Source: a virus
Reading direction: 5' to 3' (one strand)
IMG/VR virus record: IMGVR_UViG_3300037502_002391
Location: 1-64,000 of that record
DNA length: 64,000 bases
Within the stretch, counting starts at the first letter, position 1. The number at the start of each line of letters is the position of its first letter. Under the pieces are notes generated by a model. It was not told the origin of the DNA, made no database searches, and saw only the letters and a list, made by a program, of their open reading frames with translations. Both the position numbers and the translations under genes were made by a program. Of the stretch, positions 1 through 8,397 are shown piece after piece.

Positions 1-713
1 TTTCCCTGGATGCCCTCACCAATCAACTCACCTTGTATTGCAAAGTTCTTGTTTTTGGCTCTCATCTTGTTCTCCAAATCAAGTTCCCTTGCAACCTTCC
101 AGAAAGTATTCCCCTCTGTTTCCAATAATTCAAGATTTCTTGAACAAACACCAAACTCACCATTGTTTATGTAGAATGTTGCAGAAGATCCATCCAGTTT
201 TTCTGTTATATAGAAATCATCATTTGATTCTATATATGTCTTATAATCATTTGGAATATTCTGGGCTCTAATTTCATCTGTCTTGGAAATGAAGGATGGA
301 AACATTCCTTTTGCCAACCCAGAAAGTTCAGGTGAAATTGGTGTTTCATACTTCACAATACCCAACATTTCTGTCACATCCATACCCTCTTCAAGAGATA
401 TTTCAGAACCTAAAACAGAAATAGGCAATATCAACCCCTGGGAGATTTGCCCCCTCATTTTTACAGTTCTCAATCGAAAACCCTCTGCTTCAGTTGATTT
501 CCTATATGAAGATTTTCTTAAAAATTCAAACTCTTCTTTAATAGGTAAGAAGGAATCAATTTCACAATACACAATGAAATCACCCACCTTATGTTCAACA
601 TTCTTGGCAACAACAACTTGCCATCCATCCACAATGGCCAACTCAATGTTGTCAGCACCTTCAATTTGTCTTAACTCTGATATTTTTCTAATGCTTGCAA
701 GTTTCCTTTCCAT
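1..713 (-). CDS. RNA ligase (ATP-dependent), DRB0094/Rnl2-like family; 3' end runs off the window
   Basis: Absent from the ORF track. Translated by hand from ATG at 713: MERKLASIRKISELRQIEGADNIELAIVDGWQVVV...YCEIDSFLP...RLRTVKMRGQISQGL...KTDEIRAQN...ITEKLDGSSATF...CSRN...AIQGELIGEGIQG. Motif I KxDG and QGE are present. Confidence 0.9.
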   Translation of the reverse strand, partial: MERKLASIRKISELRQIEGADNIELAIVDGWQVVVAKNVEHKVGDFIVYCEIDSFLPIKEEFEFLRKSSYRKSTEAEGFRLRTVKMRGQISQGLILPISVLGSEISLEEGMDVTEMLGIVKYETPISPELSGLAKGMFPSFISKTDEIRAQNIPNDYKTYIESNDDFYITEKLDGSSATFYINNGEFGVCSRNLELLETEGNTFWKVARELDLENKMRAKNKNFAIQGELIGEGIQG

Positions 714-740
714 ATTATTTTTTTTGTTTAGTTAAAAATT

Positions 741-770
741 TCCCCCTACCCAGGTATTTGAGTAGGGGGA
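741..770 (-). terminator. Intrinsic terminator-like hairpin
   Basis: TCCCCCTAC...GTAGGGGGA stem, followed by ATTTTT on the minus strand, just after the 776-1042 gene. Confidence 0.65.
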
Positions 771-775
771 TTTAA

Positions 776-1042
776 TCAATCTACTAAAGTTTCAATCTTT
801 GATTTGTTGATTATATGATCTGTGATTGTATAATCCTCCACTTTTGTCAAGATGACACATTTGGATAAAATCTTATAAGGAACATTGATTAAGAAATCAT
901 TTCCATTATAGAACTGGAGGGTATTCTTTAACTGTAAGGATCCGTGTATAGATTTTAGGAATAACTTGAACTGTGTCTTATCAACAAAATTCTCATTGAT
1001 TAAATTCTCATTCTTATAAATTACTCTAATGTTGTGTGTCAT
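776..1042 (-). CDS. Hypothetical protein
   Basis: Start moved to the ATG at 1042 (MTHNIRV) because the track start lies inside the promoter. Confidence 0.7.
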   Translation of the reverse strand: MTHNIRVIYKNENLINENFVDKTQFKLFLKSIHGSLQLKNTLQFYNGNDFLINVPYKILSKCVILTKVEDYTITDHIINKSKIETLVD

Positions 1043-1063
1043 GTTCTTGTTTTTTTGTTGATG

Positions 1064-1095
1064 CAAATTTAAAGTAAAAAAATGAATTAACCAAA
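1064..1095 (-). promoter_or_regulatory. Bacteroidota primary-sigma promoter (-33 TTTG / -7 TAAATTTG)
   Basis: Minus strand reads TTTG-N20-TAAATTTG, matching TTTG-N19-21-TAnnTTTG. Confidence 0.85.
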
Positions 1096-1114
1096 TCTTT
1101 TTTTCATTATTTTC

Positions 1115-1201
1115 TGGGTTAGGTCATCATCATAGCCACACATTGACCTTTCTTATCAGAAGCCCTATTAACAGGCTACTCCTGGAAGTGTGGATCACCC
1201 A
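1115..1201 (-). ncRNA. Candidate structured RNA with a pseudoknot (family unknown)
   Basis: GC-richer intergenic segment with complementary pairs TGGGT/ACCCA, CCACAC/GTGTGG, AGGTCA/TGACCT, CAGGA/TTCTG and AGCC/GGCT. Confidence 0.5.
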
Positions 1202-1217
1202 TTGATTCTTTTTAACA

Positions 1218-1553
1218 CTAGATTACATACTCTGGAATTCTTTCAATTGAATCATCTATTGTATCCAATAACCCATCACAATATACATCTTTGATTTCTT
1301 TCTTAACTCTTCCAAGAGTATTCACCAAATACACATCATACAAATCACTGCCATTTAATGTAATCAAAACCCAGCCTTTGTGCCTACGGGCAGACACTCT
1401 TAAAAGCAAACCCTTATTGCTTAAATTTATTGTTTTTGACACACCAAAAGACCAGAACACAGGTTGATTATATGTGAGCCAACCCATTGTTTCCTGGGGG
1501 TTAAATTCTAATTTGTCTTCAAGTAAAGGTTTGATTGCTGTTATGATTTTCAT
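1218..1553 (-). CDS. Hypothetical phage protein
   Basis: 111-aa ORF directly behind a host-type promoter. Confidence 0.75.
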   Translation of the reverse strand: MKIITAIKPLLEDKLEFNPQETMGWLTYNQPVFWSFGVSKTINLSNKGLLLRVSARRHKGWVLITLNGSDLYDVYLVNTLGRVKKEIKDVYCDGLLDTIDDSIERIPEYVI

Positions 1554-1572
1554 TTTGGTTGTTTTGTTGATG

Positions 1573-1604
1573 CAAATTTAATACAAAGAAATGAATTAAA
1601 CAAA
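1573..1604 (-). promoter_or_regulatory. Bacteroidota primary-sigma promoter
   Basis: TTTG-N20-TAAATTTG. Confidence 0.85.
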
Positions 1605-1609
1605 TTTTT

Positions 1610-1852
1610 CTACACCAATTCTGGTTGATTTTTTTTAAAACCATTCCAATGGTTTATAACCCTCTCACAAGCATATGGTCTATGACCATATAATCCTTTA
1701 TTAGTAACCATATGCATTCCTGTTTCACCAAACATCCACCACTGAAATTCTATTCCAGATTTAACACAATATAGTTTGCAACCATTACCCCAAGACCATA
1801 ATAGACCTTTTGCTTCAATTTCTATTTCTTTTGCTCTAACTTCTGGTTTCAT
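1610..1852 (-). CDS. Hypothetical protein
   Basis: Start moved to the ATG at 1852 (MKPEVRAKE); the upstream part of the track ORF overlaps a separate small ORF. Confidence 0.65.
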   Translation of the reverse strand: MKPEVRAKEIEIEAKGLLWSWGNGCKLYCVKSGIEFQWWMFGETGMHMVTNKGLYGHRPYACERVINHWNGFKKNQPELV

Positions 1853-1874
1853 ATTAATTTTGTTTAGTTTGGTT

Positions 1875-2009
1875 TTAAAGTATTTTCCAAGAATATGTAG
1901 TATAACTATTACGAAGAAACCGATCACATTCTTTTTTTGTCTTGAACTCACGCACAAACACCCTGCCTGTCTTCTTTTCTGTTAATTCTAACACTTGCGG
2001 CTTTCTCAT
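1875..2009 (-). CDS. Small hypothetical protein (44 aa)
   Basis: Not in track: MRKPQVLELTEKKTGRVFVREFKTKKECDRFLRNSYTTYSWKIL, directly behind the promoter at 2033-2064. Confidence 0.65.
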   Translation of the reverse strand: MRKPQVLELTEKKTGRVFVREFKTKKECDRFLRNSYTTYSWKIL

Positions 2010-2032
2010 AGTGGTTGGTTGTTTTGTTGATG

Positions 2033-2064
2033 CAAATTTATAGCAAATAATTCAAACCACCAAA
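2033..2064 (-). promoter_or_regulatory. Bacteroidota primary-sigma promoter
   Basis: TTTG-N20-TAAATTTG. Confidence 0.85.
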
Positions 2065-2102
2065 TCTTTTTTTAAAGAAAATAGTATTTATGATAAAAAA
2101 AA

Positions 2103-2996
2103 ATGAAGAAGTTTATAACATTTATATTACTAACTATTGTAATCCAGAGTTGCAACACATTATCCCACACAAAAAAGACATATGTCCACCAGTTTGCAGC
2201 CTCAACCAAAGATTTACCAAAGTATTCCTTAAAGTTCAACCAAACATTATCCAATGTGAGGAAAAGTAGGGGTGTATATTTTGCCAATACATTATCAACA
2301 CCATCATTACACCTAACAGAATTAGATAGCATATATGCACAACAAAAATTGGATGAAAGAAAAACCATTTTATTTCAAAACTCATTTGAAATTCTTAATA
2401 CATACTCAAAAATATTATTGGCCTTATCATCAGATGTTTATGTTGATGATTTATATAACAATATAAAAGAACTTGAATATGATTTAGAATCCTTAATAAA
2501 CCTAAATAATAAATTAACATCATTTAACACTCCAACCGGTTTCGTAAATATAGGGGCTAAAATAGGAGTAGTTTCTGGAAGAATTTATATAAACCAAAAA
2601 CAAAGTAAAGAGATAAAAATATTATTAAATTCTTCTGACACATTAATAACAAATGTATCAAATAATATTATTTCATATTTGGATTCTAAAAACTTAAATG
2701 CTATCATTGATAATGAAGATAAGATGTTATCAATAAACTACTTGAGTTATATACAACAATCAAATAGAACTAGTATTTATACTGATTTGGATTATATCAA
2801 ATTAAAATCAGATTTATCTAGCATAAAAGAATTAAAAGATAATTTAATTATTTGTATGATTAATTTAAGAGATTCTCATAAAATAATGGTGGAAGAAATT
2901 AATAAAAAAAATTCAACTATTGATACTATAAATGAAATAAAAGAATTAGCAAAAACCATAGTTGGAATAAACCAAATAATTAAAGAATTAAAATAA
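2103..2996 (+). CDS. Predicted lipoprotein, helical
   Basis: MKKFITFILLTIVIQSC: basic N-terminus, hydrophobic core, lipobox Cys17. Confidence 0.75.
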   Translation: MKKFITFILLTIVIQSCNTLSHTKKTYVHQFAASTKDLPKYSLKFNQTLSNVRKSRGVYFANTLSTPSLHLTELDSIYAQQKLDERKTILFQNSFEILNTYSKILLALSSDVYVDDLYNNIKELEYDLESLINLNNKLTSFNTPTGFVNIGAKIGVVSGRIYINQKQSKEIKILLNSSDTLITNVSNNIISYLDSKNLNAIIDNEDKMLSINYLSYIQQSNRTSIYTDLDYIKLKSDLSSIKELKDNLIICMINLRDSHKIMVEEINKKNSTIDTINEIKELAKTIVGINQIIKELK

Positions 2997-2997
2997 T

Positions 2998-3294
2998 ATG
3001 GAATACCTGTTAAAAGAAATACATACTTCAATTACAAATGTTGAAAATGAAAGATATAATGAGAATTTATCCAAGGTAGAAAAAACTCATCTTGAAAATA
3101 CTTTATTAACATTAAGAAATATGGAGAGATCTATCATTAATAAAAAAAATGATGATATGCTCCAAGAATTATCTACCATCACACCATCCCTAACTAAACT
3201 AATAAATGAAATGGAATCATCTGGGGAAAGACTTAATGAACTAAATGTAAAACTAAAACGCTTAATCAATATTATCAACTTCTTAAAATTCTAA
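2998..3294 (+). CDS. Hypothetical coiled-coil protein
   Basis: 98-aa ORF 1 nt after the lipoprotein gene. Confidence 0.7.
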   Translation: MEYLLKEIHTSITNVENERYNENLSKVEKTHLENTLLTLRNMERSIINKKNDDMLQELSTITPSLTKLINEMESSGERLNELNVKLKRLINIINFLKF

Positions 3295-3296
3295 AA

Positions 3297-3551
3297 ATGG
3301 ATCAGTATATTAAAATCATTGGCTTTATTGCCACCATTATCACCATCACATCTTTCACATTTAAGGACATTCTAACCATTAGACTAGTTAATGTTTTAGG
3401 GTCATTTGTTTGGCTTGTGTATGGCTTTTATACAAAAGACCACCCAATAATCATTGTGAATTTAAGTGTTGTTATAATCCAAATATGGGGCATATTTTTC
3501 TTGTTAAAAGATAGAATGTTTCCACCTCCAAACAAAAATCAAATTCTTTAG
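3297..3551 (+). CDS. Small 3-TM membrane protein (YgjV/PQ-loop-like)
   Basis: Three hydrophobic segments; IRLVNVLGSFVWLVYG...PIIIVN pattern. Confidence 0.65.
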   Translation: MDQYIKIIGFIATIITITSFTFKDILTIRLVNVLGSFVWLVYGFYTKDHPIIIVNLSVVIIQIWGIFFLLKDRMFPPPNKNQIL

Positions 3552-3560
3552 ATGGGGATT

Positions 3561-3590
3561 TCACAGAGGGGCATTGATGCACCTCTGTGA
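3561..3590. terminator. Hairpin between convergent genes (probable bidirectional terminator)
   Basis: TCACAGAGG-G-GCAT-TG-ATGC-A-CCTCTGTGA. Confidence 0.6.
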
Positions 3591-3625
3591 GCATAAAATG
3601 TTGATTATTAGTATAGTTGGGTGTC

Positions 3626-4039
3626 TTAAAAGTAATGAATCCTCTTTAAATACCCATCATCTCCAACCATATTTCTCAATTGACTATTACTATATTCACT
3701 TAATGGAGATGTATAAATGTATAAAGTGCCACCAACTTTCAATCCTTTTGGTAATGAGTGTAAGTTGTAACAACTTTCTAAAATCAAATTACCTCTAACT
3801 ATTAACCCTTCTGGTAATGAACTTATATTTTCACAAAAAGTTAAATTCAAATCACCACTAACTTCCAATCCTTCTGGTAGTGATTCTATATTTGAATATG
3901 TCAAATCCAAATCACCTTCAATATCTAAATCTTTTTCTGTTAATGGTATTTCATTTTTCCATTTCCATAAGAATGGTGGATTGTGTTCTTCCTTTTCTTC
4001 AAGGAATTCAAATATTCTTTTTAATGCTTCTTTTTTCAT
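3626..4039 (-). CDS. LRR-type repeat protein, paralog 6 of array
   Basis: About 3 SLPEGLxVxGxLxL repeats; shared N-cap MKKEALKRIFEFLEEKE. Confidence 0.85.
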   Translation of the reverse strand: MKKEALKRIFEFLEEKEEHNPPFLWKWKNEIPLTEKDLDIEGDLDLTYSNIESLPEGLEVSGDLNLTFCENISSLPEGLIVRGNLILESCYNLHSLPKGLKVGGTLYIYTSPLSEYSNSQLRNMVGDDGYLKRIHYF

Positions 4040-4686
4040 TATCTAAATATTCCTCCTTTTATAAATCCAGGTTTAACCATTTCTCTTAATTGATTATCTG
4101 AATATTCTTCTAATGCCGTACCTAATATAAATAGGTGTTCACCAATTTCTAATCCTTTTGGTAATGAGGTTATTTTTGTGCCTGATAAATCCAAATGCTC
4201 ACTAACTGTAAGTCCTTGGGGTAATGATTTTAATGTTGTACAACTATTTAAAGCAAGATAACCATCAACCTTTAAACCTTTTGGTAAAGATTGTATTTTT
4301 GAAAAAGCCAAATCAATACTCCCATTAACCTCCAAATCTTTTGGCAGTATCTCAATGGATGTGTATGATAAAATTAAATCTTCTTCAACTACCAATCCTT
4401 TTGGTAAATATTTTATGCTTGAATATGATAAATTCAAATGTTCTCCAACTTCCAATCCTTCTGGTAATGATTCTATTTTTGAAGCATATAAACTTAAATT
4501 ACCCCCAACCTTCAACCCTTTTGGTAATGAGGTAATTTCTGATCCTTCAAAAATTAAATCCCCTTTAACATTTAACTCTTCTTTTGTTAATGGTATATTA
4601 TTAATCAATTTCCATTTAACTGGTAGATTATACCCTTCCTTCTCTTTTAGGAATTCAAATATTCTTTTTAAGGTTTCTTTTTTCAT
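4039..4686 (-). CDS. LRR-type repeat protein, paralog 5
   Basis: About 7 repeats of 20-21 aa; shared N- and C-caps. Confidence 0.85.
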   Translation of the reverse strand: MKKETLKRIFEFLKEKEGYNLPVKWKLINNIPLTKEELNVKGDLIFEGSEITSLPKGLKVGGNLSLYASKIESLPEGLEVGEHLNLSYSSIKYLPKGLVVEEDLILSYTSIEILPKDLEVNGSIDLAFSKIQSLPKGLKVDGYLALNSCTTLKSLPQGLTVSEHLDLSGTKITSLPKGLEIGEHLFILGTALEEYSDNQLREMVKPGFIKGGIFR

Positions 4687-4694
4687 ATCATATA

Positions 4695-5165
4695 TTAATT
4701 ATCATCATCTTCTTCATAATCATCTTCATCTTCATAATCATAATCAATGTAATATTCAGAAATTATATCACCTTTTATAAAACCAGGTTCAATTGATTTT
4801 CTTAAATGATCATCATTTTTATAGTAATAAGGTAGTTCAGATTCAGTTACATCTAAATGCCCCCCAACTTTCAATCCTTTTGGTAATGAAGTTATGCTTG
4901 TTCTTACTAAAAATAAACTATCACCAATTTCCAATCCTTCTGGTAGTGATTTTATTTTTGAACGAGATAAATCTAACCAACCACTAATTTTCAAGCCTTT
5001 TGGTAATGAGGTAATTTTTCTATCCTGTAAATCCAAATCACCTTTAATATTTAATTCTTCTTCTGTTAATGGCTCACCATTTTCCCATTTCCATAAGAAT
5101 GGAGTATTATGTTCTCCCTTCTCTTCAAGGAAATCAAATATTCTTTTTAACGCTTCTTTTTCCAT
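4695..5165 (-). CDS. LRR-type repeat protein, paralog 4, with acidic tail
   Basis: About 3 repeats; ends YDYEDEDDYEEDDDN. Confidence 0.85.
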   Translation of the reverse strand: MEKEALKRIFDFLEEKGEHNTPFLWKWENGEPLTEEELNIKGDLDLQDRKITSLPKGLKISGWLDLSRSKIKSLPEGLEIGDSLFLVRTSITSLPKGLKVGGHLDVTESELPYYYKNDDHLRKSIEPGFIKGDIISEYYIDYDYEDEDDYEEDDDN

Positions 5166-5632
5166 TATCTACTAATTTTTCCTTTTATAAATCCAGGTTT
5201 AATCATTTCTCTTAATTTTTCATCTGTGTATTTTGTTAATGGTGTATTTCTTATAAATATAAAATCCCCAACTTCCAATCCTTTTGGTAATGTTGTCATA
5301 TTAGTACCTATTAAACTCAAATAACCACCAACTTTCAATCCTTCTGGTAATGAGGTTATATTTGAATAAAATAAATTCAAATCACCACCAACTTTCAATC
5401 CTTTTGACAATGAAGTTAATTCTGTACAAAAACTTAAATCCAAAGTACCACCAACTTTCAATCCTTCTGGTAATGAGGTTATATTTGTGTTTTTTAAATT
5501 CAAATCACCTTCAATATCTAATTCTTCTTTGGTTAATGGTATATTATTTAATAATTTCCACAAGAATGGAGTATTATGTTCTCCCTTTTCTTCAAGAAAC
5601 TCAAATATTCTTTTTAATACTTCTTTTACCAT
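5165..5632 (-). CDS. LRR-type repeat protein, paralog 3
   Basis: About 4 repeats; C-cap TKYTDEKLREMIKPGFIKGKI. Confidence 0.85.
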   Translation of the reverse strand: MVKEVLKRIFEFLEEKGEHNTPFLWKLLNNIPLTKEELDIEGDLNLKNTNITSLPEGLKVGGTLDLSFCTELTSLSKGLKVGGDLNLFYSNITSLPEGLKVGGYLSLIGTNMTTLPKGLEVGDFIFIRNTPLTKYTDEKLREMIKPGFIKGKISR

Positions 5633-5635
5633 TAT

Positions 5636-6466
5636 CTAATCTCTAATTATTATTCCTTTTATAGACCCAGGTCTAATCATTTGTCTTAATTCCTTATTTG
5701 AATATTTTGTTAATTCTGTATTTTTTATATATATATTATCACCAACTTCCAATCCTTCTGGTAATGAGGTTATTTTTGAATCAGATAAATACAAATCAAG
5801 CAAAACTTTTAATCCTTTTGGTAATGATGTTAAACTTTTGCAGTTTCTTAAATCTAAATCACCCCTAACTTTCAATCCTTCTGGTAAATGGGTTATATTA
5901 GAAGAATTCAAAGACAAACCACCACCCAATTTAAATCCCTCTGGTAATGAGGTTATTTGTGTTTGATTTAAACTCAAATGATTTCCAACTTCCAATCCTT
6001 CTGGTAATGAGGTTATTTTTGTATTTGATAAATCCAACCAACTACTAACTTTCAATCCTTCTGGTAATGAGGTTATTTTTGTATTTGATAACATCAAATA
6101 ACCACCAACTTCCAACCCTTTTGGTAGTGAGGTTATAAATGTGTTATGTAAACTCAAACCACGACCAACTTTCAATCCTTCTGGTAAATGGGTTATATTA
6201 GAATAATTCAAAGTCAAACTACCCCCAACTTGTAAATCATCTGGTAATGAGGTAATATCTACTTGGGATAAATCCAAATTACCACCAACTTTTAAACCTT
6301 TTGGTAATGAGGTTATTTTTGCATTTCTAAAATTCAAATCACCTTTAACATTTAAATCTTCTTTTGTTAATGGTATATTATTAACTAATTTCCATCTAAG
6401 TGGTACATTACATCCTTCCTTTTCTTCAAGGAAATCAATTATTCTTTTTAATGCTTCTTTTTCCAT
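5636..6466 (-). CDS. LRR-type repeat protein, paralog 2
   Basis: About 10 repeats of ITSLPEGLKVGGxLxLSxT. Confidence 0.85.
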   Translation of the reverse strand: MEKEALKRIIDFLEEKEGCNVPLRWKLVNNIPLTKEDLNVKGDLNFRNAKITSLPKGLKVGGNLDLSQVDITSLPDDLQVGGSLTLNYSNITHLPEGLKVGRGLSLHNTFITSLPKGLEVGGYLMLSNTKITSLPEGLKVSSWLDLSNTKITSLPEGLEVGNHLSLNQTQITSLPEGFKLGGGLSLNSSNITHLPEGLKVRGDLDLRNCKSLTSLPKGLKVLLDLYLSDSKITSLPEGLEVGDNIYIKNTELTKYSNKELRQMIRPGSIKGIIIRD

Positions 6467-7059
6467 TATCTAATTATTTTTCCACCTATAAACCCAGGCT
6501 TAATCATTTCTCTTAATTTTTCATCTGTGTATTTTGTTAATGCTGTATTCTTAATAAATAAATGACCATAAACTTCCAAGCCTTTTGGTAATGAAGTTAT
6601 ATTTGAAGAAGATATTATACAATTATGAGCAACTCTAAATCTTTCTGGTAATGATATTAACTTTGGACACATCAATAAAATAAAAGGTCCCTCAACTTCC
6701 AAACCTTTTGGTAATGAGGAAAAATTAGGGCAACTAACTAGAGACAAACTACCAACTTTTTTCAATCCTTCTGGTAATGAGGTTATTGGCACATCTGATA
6801 AATACAAATCACCACGAACATTTAAATCTTTTGGTAATGAGGTTAAATTATTGCAATTTAATAACCGCAAAGCACCAACATTTAATCCTTCTGGCAATGA
6901 TGTTAAATTAAAACCATACACAATTCTCAAATCACCTTCAACATATAAATCTTCTTTTGTTATTGGTTCATTGTTTTTTAGTTTAAAACTAAGTGGTATT
7001 ATCTTACCTTCTTTTTTTTCAAAGAACTCTAACATTCTTTTTAGCACTTCTTTTTCCAT
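6466..7059 (-). CDS. LRR-type repeat protein, paralog 1
   Basis: About 6 repeats; shared caps. Confidence 0.85.
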   Translation of the reverse strand: MEKEVLKRMLEFFEKKEGKIIPLSFKLKNNEPITKEDLYVEGDLRIVYGFNLTSLPEGLNVGALRLLNCNNLTSLPKDLNVRGDLYLSDVPITSLPEGLKKVGSLSLVSCPNFSSLPKGLEVEGPFILLMCPKLISLPERFRVAHNCIISSSNITSLPKGLEVYGHLFIKNTALTKYTDEKLREMIKPGFIGGKIIR

Positions 7060-7961
7060 TATTTTCTATTTATTTTCTCCCCCTCTATTTTTACAGATAT
7101 TTTTGGTTTATAACCTTTTGGCAATCTATTATCTATCCCAACAAACTCCCCCATTTCATTATCCATTCTAATGGTAATTTCTTTCTTATCCAAATTCATC
7201 ATTATTTGTCCCACAGTCTGCATATTATACATATTCTTCATTCTATAAGGGTTCAAGAACTTATTTTTCTTATATTGTTCTTTCATCTTATCAATAACAT
7301 CTAGATCCTTTTCAGCATCTTGCAAATGCTTTTTGGCCAACTCCAATCTTGAATGGGATGACTTCTTCTTTATGCCGTAAATGTAACCTGTTTTTTTGTG
7401 TACTATGCCATGATTGGTTCTTACCTCAACCTTATCATCACCCATCTTTGTTATGACTGGAGTGTCCTTACTTGTGAGTTCAATAATATATATATTTTTT
7501 GGGCTTCCAACAATTGTCTGACCCTTAATTCCAACATTCTTTGGATCATCTGCATCATAAGATATGATTGATTTAATCACATCTTTTAAATTCTTAAAAC
7601 TTAATGCTCTACGTATTTTCTTGCCATCATTGGAGTTCTTAACTTTCTTGGACTTGAATACCTTATTACTTTCCTTCTCATCTTGTCTAACCAATAGACT
7701 TGAATTAACTATTCCAATACCGTATTCATTCATTCCCTCGGACCAGTCTGTTTCTGTGTCTCTCCAATACATAACCTCAACATCATCCACAATCTCATGG
7801 ACAATTTCCATCTTTGCCAAATAACCCCTATCCCTATTTTTGGCTATAACATTTCCATCATCTAATTTGACAGCAGCAATTGTGCATTCTTGAATTAATT
7901 GCTCATTTAATAAAATGTCAACTTGATTTTCAGTAAGCAAAATGAATTTATTATCTTTCAT
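7059..7961 (-). CDS. Ntn-hydrolase (C45/AAT- or NRDE-like) with N-terminal propeptide
   Basis: CTIAAV...AKNRDR...EGMNEYGIGI...RTNH after a 25-aa leader ending LIQE. Confidence 0.7.
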   Translation of the reverse strand: MKDNKFILLTENQVDILLNEQLIQECTIAAVKLDDGNVIAKNRDRGYLAKMEIVHEIVDDVEVMYWRDTETDWSEGMNEYGIGIVNSSLLVRQDEKESNKVFKSKKVKNSNDGKKIRRALSFKNLKDVIKSIISYDADDPKNVGIKGQTIVGSPKNIYIIELTSKDTPVITKMGDDKVEVRTNHGIVHKKTGYIYGIKKKSSHSRLELAKKHLQDAEKDLDVIDKMKEQYKKNKFLNPYRMKNMYNMQTVGQIMMNLDKKEITIRMDNEMGEFVGIDNRLPKGYKPKISVKIEGEKINRK

Positions 7962-7969
7962 TTTTTTAC

Positions 7970-7977
7970 TATAAATA
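7970..7977 (-). promoter_or_regulatory. TATTTATA motif, putative phage late promoter
   Basis: Same motif recurs shortly upstream of many structural-type genes (see findings). Confidence 0.5.
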
Positions 7978-7979
7978 TA

Positions 7980-8396
7980 TCAAGATAATGATTTTATAAT
8001 GTTCATTAACTTTTCATCAATATATAATCCATTCAATTCTTCATAAGTAAAATAGCCACATTCTGTATGTTCATCACCATCTATTGCATTCACCAAATCT
8101 GGTATTAATTTTTTATCTGGACTATCTAATAAATAAACATTGAACTTTCCATTTATCTTACTACCATCCCTTGAATATCTATCAATGACATCAATGATTG
8201 TTAATTTTTTATTTGTTATATGAATATTGGTTTCTTCATAAAACTCCCTTTTAGCACCCTCATGGGTTGTTTCAAATGTTTCCAATTTACCAGCAGGTAT
8301 TGACCACATTCCAGGCAAACTATTGCTCTTTGGACTTCTTTTGCAAAGAAGAAATTGTTTATTATGTCTTACCAAGACACCAACATATTGTCTCAT
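7980..8396 (-). CDS. NUDIX hydrolase
   Basis: Nudix box GKLETFETTHEGAKREFYEETNI. Confidence 0.9.
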   Translation of the reverse strand: MRQYVGVLVRHNKQFLLCKRSPKSNSLPGMWSIPAGKLETFETTHEGAKREFYEETNIHITNKKLTIIDVIDRYSRDGSKINGKFNVYLLDSPDKKLIPDLVNAIDGDEHTECGYFTYEELNGLYIDEKLMNIIKSLS

Positions 8397-8397
8397 A

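Noticed and set aside
38-735. Plus-strand ORFs 38-271 and 283-735
   Set aside because: Antisense to the RNA ligase gene
1115-1201. tRNA, hammerhead (CUGAUAAG...AAA) or SAM-I riboswitch identity for the structured element
   Set aside because: No cloverleaf or TTC loop, no stem II between CUGA and GAAA, and only one side of the SAM-I P1 motif
3626-7059. LRR array as a DGR product
   Set aside because: Differences are not adenine-specific and there is no RT; recombination explains the pattern
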